Below are positions 24,601 through 35,030 of a stretch of DNA of 64,000 bases, in pieces. Position 1 is the stretch's first letter. Every line of letters starts with the position of its first letter. The stretch spans positions 18,786,001 through 18,850,000 of the forward strand of contig OZ249442.1 of the NCBI GenBank assembly GCA_965235115.1. Direction: 5' to 3'. Source of the stretch: Laetmonice hystrix. Lineage: Eukaryota. A model generated the notes under the pieces. That model was not told the origin of the DNA, did not search any database, and saw only the letters and a program-made list of their open reading frames with translations. The position numbers and the translations under genes are program-made.

Positions 24601-26007
24601 GGATATATATATATAAAAGTGACAGTTGTGTCCGCTAAAAGGTCCTGGTATTGTAATGATATTGGTTTCCTTTGCTATATAGGCAGGAACAGGGAATAAT
24701 GCCTCAACTTAGTACACTATAGAAATAGAGAGAGGGATGGGTCGCATTACAATAGGATGTAATGACACTTCTTCAACAAAAGGATGTACGTTTTTTTAAG
24801 AGCACGCCCACCGCCGGAAAAGCTGACATTTGTCGTGGGATGTTGACTACATATATACATGTATATCTAAAACTAAAGTTTTCATCCGGGAAAGTGTCTC
24901 ACGTCAAGGTTTGCGAGTTTTGATGATAACGGTTACATGTATAGTCAGTATCACGTCCACCCGCAAACACCATCATGAGGGCAGAGTTGATTGGTAGGTA
25001 TAAAAGGTTTAGCTGGCAGTGTAACGGTAGAATCATCTCATTGAGAGGTTTTCCACGGAAAGCTCAGCCATACTCGAGTAACCCGACTGTGGTTTTCCTT
25101 AAGACGGTGTGACAACAGGTAGGCTGTCATTAACGACCTGGGACTCCAACTTCTGTAATTGCCATGCTGCTCGGAAAGATGAGACAGAATCTAGTATACC
25201 ACACAATTAAGGATTTGTTATTTTTTGCAGAGAAGTTGAGACCTGTAGTTTTCTACCTGCTGGAAGATATTGGATGCGGGCTGTCTCAGGTATAGAAATA
25301 CAAGCGTTTGTTGTTTGTTTGGTACTGATGCTTGCTGGCGAGTGTTTATTCGGGTCGTACTAAAAACGAGCAACAAGGTGCTGGCTTTAACTACCTGTAA
25401 ATTTGACACCAGATCAATAGCTTCAGAGACGAACCGTTTTCTACCTTTTAGAACAAGCTCAACTTCCATATCTTATTATTATCTTCTTCTCACAATTCGA
25501 CTTAATGGCTGATATTTTCAAGATGAGATGCTTCCAACATGTCAAGAGTTTCTTTCTCGTGACAATGGTTGTCCTTCGTGGTATACTCATTATGGTTCTT
25601 TGTGTATGAGGACCTTGGGCAATGTTCCACAGTTGTAGGTCAATGCACAAGATGACCTTCAGGCTAGCTAGCAAGGCCAGAGAACGAAGAACAAAGTGTT
25701 TCAGACTCGGTGATAATTGGAAAACCAGCAGTTTTATTGACCCATCACCTGAGAAATTCTCCATCCACTGTCCAACTGACCGTCTGATAATGGCTGTGTT
25801 GTTGCATACAACAATAACCTATCTATAATTGATGATCCGTACAGAGCCGAAGAAAATAGGGTCACATGTCTTGCTATTCCTGTCAGGCTGATAGCGTGTT
25901 ACTCATTAGTCGAGACAATGCTAAAGCTATATGAGAACTGAACGCATGAAAAGAAAGGTTTTGTCAGCAACATCAGCGAGTTGGTTGCGGTTAGTGTGAC
26001 CAGCGCC

Positions 26008-26018
26008 GCGCATGCGCA
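26008..26018. promoter_or_regulatory. NRF1-like palindromic site
   Basis: GCGCATGCGCA in a small CpG-rich patch; matches the NRF1/ewg consensus typical of housekeeping promoters. Confidence 0.45.
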
Positions 26019-28492
26019 TACGATGGGGTAGCTGTCAGGCAAGAAATAGATCACGACTGTCGTGGGTTCCAGTTACTACAAAGGGGTACATTTTAGTTAT
26101 ATGAGGTCTCATCACACGGTGAGTCATCAATGGATTTTTGAATATTGCCACAGATACACCTGCAAATAGGTCAGTAATTATGCGCACACCTGTCAGTGTG
26201 TAGACTGGCTATGTTACTACCCCACAAAATACCACAAAACAGAGCCCACATGTATACGACAAACGCTGGGGGGAGGGGTCGCTCGATCCATACAACCACA
26301 GCATGAAGACGGGGATGCACACAAAAATGGTTTTGCCGCGTTTGTTTGTTTTTTATTTGGCCTTGTCACCCTCGCCATCTGTGCCTGTGATATTGGAGAT
26401 TGAAGTGAGTTGATCAGGGAATCCTTGGTGAGTCTAGCAGGGATCGAACCCACCCACCCTCTCCCGTACAACCCGCATCCTTTGAGAACATCAGGGAATT
26501 TCAGCGGACATGGGACCGCCTGTTTGATATTATTTAAGAGCTGAATTGACTATACGTATACGTAATGCTTTACAACACAAGGTTTGTCCGATTCCTTTTT
26601 CTGTCAAAAGGAAGGGCACCCTTTGATATACATGTGCCGAGCACCTGTAGATTGTAACCATGAGCACAATCTACTGAACTTCTATAATCTAGAGCTGACA
26701 CCACCTTACTAGCATATAATACAAGGTACGTCACAAAGTTAGGGGAATCTCTGAAGAATAGGGTTCATTCCGCATTGAGGACACATAAAGAGGTTGTGGA
26801 TTCCGAGGTTCAACAATGGGTGCATGTATACGATCAGAACGATACACGCACAATACACGCAGCTGTTCCCAGATGTCAGTTCTCTGTTAATTCCCACAAT
26901 AAACGTCAACATAGATGTGCAATGAATACACAAAACAAAAGAGCGCATCTACCCCTAAAGACTTTTATGTATTGTGTATCTAAACACCAATATAAGGTTT
27001 TTGAGGTTTGTCATGAACCCTTTATGGAACATTCCATTTACAAAGTACAGATACCTCGTAATGAATGCAGTCTGATATATTGCCGTTTTGTTGTATCTTA
27101 AAGCACTTCGTTAATCAGATCGGGGCACGGTTACATTATGAGGTTTAGATATGACTGTTTGTTTTTAACTCAGCTGAGACCGTTTGAGATAGGATGATAA
27201 CTACGGTGATAACTACATGAGGCACAATTAGTCCATTATCTGACCATCCTTCAGCGCACAAAGTCTGAGCAGGTACATTATGAACGGGCAAGGATCGTAA
27301 TATGATAATACAGATAGCGGATACTGGACTTGAGGATCATGTGTTATTACGCTGTATCATTGCCTGATTACTTTAGTGAACATAAGAAGTTCACATCTGA
27401 CCTTGGACTTCGCTTGTGCTCTTTCCAACTGTAAAGGGCCTGTAACCTGATAATTAAGTTAAGATTGATTATATGCTATCTTAGCCATAACTGATAACAT
27501 ATCAAAAGTCAAGACGAGGCACCTCTGTGATATACAATAAATTAAGGTCATTAGCCAATTTAGCTTGACAGGTCAGAGCTGGTTTATCAATTGGACGGTT
27601 CAACATAGCGCTGGACGAGCACAGGTGGTGGAAGCCAAAGTGCAAGTGTTGGCCAGTAATACTAACCAAAGCGTTCCCTTGGCCACTAATCAGGGATGGA
27701 GATCGTGTTACTTTCACCAGATCTGACCCTTTCTTTGTAAGTTGGCTTTTAATTCTTCGGTACCAGTTAGAAGATGGATTTGGAGGTCCGTATCTGTCAC
27801 ACGACACCGTGGGGTCGTATGGTTGTACGTGCCTACAAACATGGGTTAATGAGTGTCACGATATTAATTTAGAATCAAATAAGTGTAGCATTTAGTTTCA
27901 GCGTCAAGCAACTCCAAGAAGTCCCACAAATCTATCTACTCACTCGGGTCAAATGCATGTTTGCATAACCTGGGAGGAGGGAGGGGACACAGGTCTCTTA
28001 TTAACTTAGAGAAAACTTCAGATGGGAGCGTCGTCGCATTACTTAGTTTATCACATTTCCATTAACAATGCCGCCCCCTAATGTGAGAATGTAAACTCCA
28101 ACTGATGTGCCGGTCGGTCTGTTTGATAAGACAGGTAGTATTGACAGTCAGTATAAACCGTACGGAGTCAGGACGAACCGTCCGATGCCACCGCCGCGCC
28201 CTCTCTCGGAACTTCACTTTTTAGCGGGCTGTGATGGACTTTAAACAGCAATGGCTTCCCAACCAATCCGAGAGGTCTGTCATCCATTTCACACACCGCT
28301 GAAGTTGCCCCCGCCCCCCGCGACCTGCAATAAATTGGTTACTCCAGGTTTTCTTCAACCTTATGTGGCACGCCTGGCCAAGACATGCTGTCAGATTCAC
28401 GGCGAGTGATTTCTACGTGGTTCTGACCATAGGATAGCCAGGCCACTGCTAGCCTCCCTTCCTGCGTGTCTCTCCCTGGGATAGACCCGTCG

Positions 28493-30146
28493 CCTGCAGT
28501 GGGCTTGGCTATCCCAGGGTGAGACACTCAGGAAGGGAGGCCTGCAGTGGTTTTCGCTATCATAGGGTGAGACACTCAGGAAGGGAGGTCTGCAGTAGGC
28601 TTGGCTATCATAGGGTGAGACACTCAGGAAGGGAGGCCTGGAGTAGGCTTGGCTATCATAGGGTGAGACACCCAGGAAGGGAGGCCTGCAGTGGGTTTCG
28701 CTATCATAGGGTGAGACACTCAGGAAGGGAGGCCTGCAGTAGGCTTGGCTATCATAGGGTGAGACACTCAGGAAGGGAGGTCTGCAGTAGGCTTGGCTAT
28801 CATAGGGTGAGACACTCAGGAAGGGAGGCCTGCAGTAGGCTTGGCTATCATAGGGTGAGACACTCAGGAAGGGAGGTCTGCAGTGGTTTTCGCTATCATA
28901 GGGTGAGACACCCAGGAAGGGAGGCCTGCAGTGGCCTTGGCTATCCTTAGGTGACACACTCAGGAAGGGAGGCCTGCAGTGGCCTTGGCTATCCTTGGGC
29001 GAGACACCCAGGAAGGGAGGCCTGCAGTGGTTTTCGCTATCATAGGGTGAGACACCCAGGAAGGGAGGCCTGCAGTGGCCTTGGCTATCCTTGGGTGAGA
29101 CACTCAGGAAGGGAGGCCTGCATGGAGGCTTGGCTATCCTAGGGTGAGACACTCAGGAAGGGAGGCCTGCAGTGGCCTTGGCTATCATAGGGTGAGACAC
29201 ACAGGAAGGGAGGCCTGCAGTGGGTTTCGCTATCCCAGGGTGAGACACTCAGGAAGGGAGGCCTGCAGTGGATTTGGCTATCATAGGGTGAGACACTCAG
29301 GAAGGAGGCCTGCAGTAGGCTTGGCTATCATAGGGTGAGACACTCAGGAAGGGAGGCCTGCAGTGGATTTGGCTATCATAGGGCGAGACACTCAGGAAGG
29401 GAGGCCTGCAGTAGGCTTGGCTATCCTTGGGTGAGACACCCAGGAAGGGAGGCCTGCAGTGGGTTTCGCTATCCTTGGGTGAGACACCCAGGAAGGGAGG
29501 CCTGCAGTAGGCTTGGCTATCCTTGGGTGAGACACCCAGGAAGGGAGGCCTGCAGTAGGCTTGGCTATCCTTGGGTGAGACACCCAGGAAGGGAGGCCTG
29601 CAGTAGGCTTGTCTATCATAGGGTGAGACACCCAGGAAGGGAGGCCTGCAGTGGGTTCGGCTATCATAGGGCGAGACACTCAGGAAGGGAGGCCTGCAGT
29701 ACGCTTGGCTATCATAGGGTGAGACACTCAGGAAGGGAGGCCTGCAGTAGGCTTGGCTATCATAGGGTGAGACACTCAGGAAGGGAGGCCTGCAGTAGGC
29801 TTGGCTATCATAGGGTGAGACACCCAGGAAGGGAGGCCTGCAGTGGGTTTCGCTATCATAGGGTGAGACACTCAGGAAGGGAGGCCTGCAGTAGGCTTGG
29901 CTATCATAGGGTGAGACACTCAGGAAGGGAGGCCTGCAGTGGGTTTCGCTATCATAGGGTGAGACACTCAGGAAGGGAGGCCTGCAGTGGGTTTGGCTAT
30001 CATAGGGTGAGACACTCAGGAAGGGAGGCCTGCAGTAGGCTTGGCTATCATAGGGTGAGACACTCAGGAAGGGAGGCCTGCATGGAGGCTTGGCTATCCT
30101 AGGGTGAGACACTCGGGAAGGGAGGCCTACAGTGGCCTTGGTTATC
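28493..30146. repeat. 48-bp minisatellite, about 34 copies
   Basis: Unit GGGTGAGACACTCAGGAAGGGAGGCCTGCAGTAGGCTTGGCTATCATA with recurring variants; source of the 16-aa-periodic ORFs on both strands. Confidence 0.98.
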
Positions 30147-31356
30147 GCCCTGGGATAGCGAAGTGACAATCTGAAAACGTAACCTACGACAAATTTCACG
30201 ACTTGTAGAGACGCAATGCTCGCTGAACGTTGAGATGGCAGGTTAAACATTAACAAGATACAACCCTGAGACAAACATTTATTGTGACCAGTCCTTCACA
30301 CGCTGTGCCTCAACTGGTACGCTGTAAACAATAGAACATGCCGAGATGAAGCCAGCGTGAATCCGACCATGCAGAACAAGAAAGATGACCTGTCCTTTAA
30401 ATGGGAAAGGCAATTGGACAAAATGGATTGATTTATATGAAGCAAAGCAGGTTTTATCATTGTCAGGTTAATGAATGGTCAACAAAGCTGTCAAACTGAC
30501 AAAACAACAAAATCCCTCGACTGTTTATTTGATATAAAAATAGAATTTTGCTTTTAGATATTCTGAAATTAAGGCCACTGGACTGACCGTGCGCGGCTTT
30601 GGCTAATCCATCATTTGTCTTGGCAGAAAGTAGTTCCGCAATGCTCAGATGAATTCCATAGCTAAATTCTTCAGCCAACCAGGGTCAAGTAATCTAAATA
30701 TCCGAGTCCTGGGTTTACCATAATGATTTAAATGGAAACTACAGAGGTACACGGGTATCAGGAATATGGCTTTTATCTTCCTTGACCGCTATTTTCTGAG
30801 CCAGACTCGCAGAAAGGTTAGTGTAGTTAAGAAGCTAGGTTTAGGTTCGTCTCAAGTGATTGTACCCCTTTAAGCGGCGGTCTCTCGTGGGGGCACCGAA
30901 AGATCCCGAGCTGGTCAAGCGTTTGAAGGGTGCCGTGGCCAGTGACCCTCGAAGGGCCTTGGGCATGTGTGCAGGGCCTTGCACGTTGTGGGTCAGGAGG
31001 TAGTCTCTGAGTGCCCTCAAATAGGCCTGCTTGTCCAGTCACCTTCAACCGGCTTCGTGCTCACCTTGGAGCTGGCATCGCTGACCGCTACCAAAATTAA
31101 TGCCCCTTACCCTGCTCATTAATCATATCTTCCTGCACTGCCCCTAATCAATTCTCGTGGCTGCTGCCTTCCACCCCTGCCCATCCATTACTTGGAGGCT
31201 GGACGCTATAATCACCTCTCCTTAGGCAATATCATATTTGGGGGAGGCGGTGGCTTCCTTTCCCCCGCGCCGTGCTGATTAGTGCGGCCCACAATGTCAA
31301 ATTGGCGGGCGTCACTCGGGCCTGGCCCTCGGTCCGCATACCTGATTGTGTCACCA

Positions 31357-31370
31357 CCACCAGGCGGCGC
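31357..31370 (+). promoter_or_regulatory. CTCF-like binding motif
   Basis: CCACCAGGCGGCGC; 13/14 match to the core consensus, inside a GC-rich island. Confidence 0.45.
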
Positions 31371-32025
31371 TCCGCTCCAAGCTGACCTCCTATTCTTGCG
31401 GCAGGTGAAGGTGGCGGTCCCGCGGGGTAATCACTGGGGACACGAGCACAGGTTAAGGCTGCGATGAGGATTAGGATGTCACCAGATTCACCATCTGTTT
31501 ATAGAGAAAAAATACATGCATCTCAAGCACAGCATCTCAAGTGCTGACCGAGCCTCCGCTGACAATGGGATTAGGCTGAGAAAAACAAACCTTTTTTTAA
31601 GTAGCTCACACCATCGTGAGAGATGAGGTTACGGCATTATTTATAATGCATGTTAATACCGGGGCCCTAACAAGATGTAGCGAGCTTGAACCTTTAAACC
31701 TTGAGGGCCTGTTTCCTCGGACGAACTTTAGAGCCAGATTTCATCAGACTGGCAAATATGTTATCATTCTCCATTGAAAATGAATGGCTGAAATGAACAC
31801 ATTTTTTAAATTAAAAATACAAATTGTATGCCGACTATGGCGGAGTATAACGGCAAGTTTCAAAGGATCCTGACACAAATAGTTTTGTTCATCGAAGGCC
31901 TTAGATCTTTGCGACGTTATGTTGAGGTCGTTCACCATAGACCTACCTATTTTTGATGTTCGAGTTGAAGAACAAGAAGATAGAAACAGTCCCGAGGTCC
32001 TCCGGGTTAGTCGATGTTATGAGTG

Positions 32026-34026
32026 CATAGTGGACAGCATGGAACCATCATAGCGGACAGCATGGAACCATCATACCGGACAGCATGGAACCATCATACC
32101 GGACAGCATGGAACCATCATAGTGGACAGCATGGAACCATCATACCGGACAGCATGGAGCCATCATAGGGGACAGCATGGAGCCATCATAGGGGACAGCA
32201 TGGAACCATCATACCGGACAGCATGGAACCATCATAGTGGACAGCATGGAACCATCATACCGGACAGCATGGAACCATCATAGTGGACAGCATGGAACCA
32301 TCATACCGGACAGCATGGAACCATCATAGTGGACAGCATGAAACCATCATAGTGGACAGCATGTAACCATCATACCGGACAGCATGGAACCATCATAGTG
32401 GACAGCATGGAGCCATCATAGGGGACAGCATGGAACCATCATACCGGACAGCATGAAACCATCATAGTGGACAGCATGGAACCATCATACCGGACAGCAT
32501 GGAACCATCATAGTGGACAGCATGGAACCATCATACCGGACAGCATGGAACCATCATAGTGGACAGCATGGAACCATCATACCGGACAGCATGGAACCAT
32601 CATACCGGACAGCATGGAACCATCATACCGGACAGCATGGAACCATCATAGTGGACAGCATGGAACCATCATACCGGACAGCATGGAGCCATCACAGGGG
32701 ACAGCATGGAACCATCATACCGGACAGCATGGAACCATCATAGTGGACAGCATGGAACCATCATACCGGACAGCATGGAACCATCATAGTGGACAGCATG
32801 GAACCATCATACCGGACAGCATGGAACCATCATAGTGGACAGCATGGAACCATCATACTGGACAGCATGGAGCCATCATACCGGACAGCATGGAACCATC
32901 ATACCGGACAGCATGGAACCATCATAGTGGACAGCATGGAACCATCATACCGGACAGCATGGAACCATCATACCGGACATCATGGAACCATCATACCGGA
33001 CAGCATGAAACCATCATAGGGGACAGCATGGCACCATCATAGTGGACAGCATGGAACCATCATAGTGGGCAGCATGAAACCATCATAGGGGACAGCATGA
33101 AACCATCATAGTGGACAGCATGGAACCATCATACCGGACAGCATGGAACCATTATAGTGAACAACATGGAACCATCATAGTGGACAGCATGGAACCATCA
33201 TAGTGGACAGCATGGAACCATCATACTGGACAGCATGGAGCCATCATACCGGACAGCATGAAACCATCATACCGGACAGCATGGAACCCTTATAGTGAAC
33301 AGCATGAAACCATCATAGGAGACAGCATGAAACCATCATAGGGGACAGCATGAAGCCATCATAGGGGATAGCATGAAATCATCATACCGGACAGCATGGA
33401 ACCATCATAGTGGACAGCATGGAACCATCATAGTGGACAGCATGGAACCATCATAGTGGACAGCATGGAACCATCATACTGGACAGCATGGAGCCATCAT
33501 ACCGGACAGCATGAAACCATCATACCGGACAGCATGGAACCCTTATAGTGAACAGCATGAAACCATCATAGGAGACAGCATGAAACCATCATAGGAGACA
33601 GCATGAAACCATCATAGGGGACAGCATGAAACCATCATAGGGGACAGCATGAAACCATCATAGGGGATAGCATGAAACCATCATAGGGGACAGCATGAAA
33701 CCATCATAGGGGATAGCATGAAATCATCATAGGGGACAGCATGAAACCATCATAGGGGATAGCATGAAACCATTATAGGGGACAGCATGGAGCCATCACA
33801 GGGGACAGCATGGAACCATTATAGTGAACAGCATGGAACCATCATAGGCGACAGCATGAAACCATTATAGGGGACAGCATGGAGCCATCACAGGGGACAG
33901 CATGGAACCATCACAGGGGACAGCATGGAGCCATCACAGGGGACAGCATGGAACCATCATAGGGGACAGCATGGAGCCATCACAGGGGACAGCATGGAAC
34001 CATCATAGTGGACAGCATGGAGCCAT
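32026..34026. repeat. 23-bp minisatellite, about 87 copies
   Basis: Unit GGACAGCATGGAACCATCAT plus a variable triplet (ACC/AGT/AGG); 2001 bp / 23 is about 87. Confidence 0.98.
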
Positions 34027-34119
34027 ATCATCGTGGCAGCTAGGCTATGTTGTGAACATGGGATACAGGTAAACGGATCAAATATCAGCTTCTTGCCGAA
34101 AATAACACCATCCAATGGT

Positions 34120-35030
34120 AACAAGACCCCGGGCATGGACTGATTATCTATGGGTATAGGAACTATGTGTACTTTGAATTTCTGAGATACAGTCCATTTG
34201 AGTACATCTTCAGCCTGACCTTGATTGACCTCACAAGGAGACTGAATGTAGGCTAAAGGGAAATGGGGACAGCTGAAACTTAAGATGACTCCCTACCCAT
34301 CGTTTGTATCTTGAACACTTATGTAGATACAGCCCAGAGAAACGTCCTATATGACTTCCCTTGTATGATCAATTGATCCAAATGTGTTTACCAGGATGGC
34401 CACCACACGGCCATTTTGAAAATAATCTGTTACACCTAGATAATCTTTAAGACTGTTTCTGATCATTGCGTAATGTTTCATGCAAGATTATGTCGTTACC
34501 TTCAACCGTTTTGGAGATACAGACCATTGAAAATATGATTGACCTTGATTGACCATTCAAGGTCACTCGAGGTCATGGAAAATGGCGCCAAACGAAAGGT
34601 CATATATGAATTCCTATCGGTCAATAATTAGTAACTAATGCCTTATTTTGCACCATTTTCGAGATATAAGCAAAAAAGGTGTTTTCGAGGGTCCAAAAAC
34701 AAATATGGCCACCATATCGCCATATTTGCTTTGAACAGAGATTACATTGGCATATACATCGCCCCTCATATGCTTCTGCCTTTGCACCAAATTTGAATGA
34801 AATTGGGATCGTTTTGTCTGATTTATTGCTCCAAATGTGTTTACATCCAAGCTGGCTGCCAAGCGGCCATTTTGAATGATATCAAAAATCTATTTGACGT
34901 GCATCATCCTCAGACCGTCCCCTGACTGATTATTGCAAAGTGTTATACCATCGCTGTCCACGGACGGACGGACGTACGTACGGGCGGAGGTAAAATAGAA
35001 GCCACCGCCACATCGGGTTGGGGGTTACAA
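34120..35030 (+). mobile_element. Non-autonomous Helentron-associated element (HINE / pearl-like)
   Basis: Starts AACAAGACCCC. Contains internal diverged duplications (ACCTTGATTGACC twice; CCAAATGTGTTTAC...GGCCATTTTGAA twice). Ends with (CGGA)n microsatellite near 34960-34985, then an imperfect GC hairpin CCACCGCCACATCGGGTTGGGGG and TTACAA. Boundaries approximate. Confidence 0.7.

Noticed and set aside
28397-30274. Long ORFs of 143-325 aa (RVRHSGREACS.. / CRPPFLSVSPYDSQ..)
   Set aside because: A 48-bp unit is a multiple of 3 and stop-free in several frames. ORFs occur on both strands, break at 1-bp indels and have no unique domain or splice context.
30827-31070. RALRDYLL peptide as an integrase fragment
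   Set aside because: A single short motif bounded by stops, with no other recombinase boxes.
32023-33019. MEPSYRTAWNHH.. ORFs
   Set aside because: Translations of the 23-bp repeat cycling through frames.
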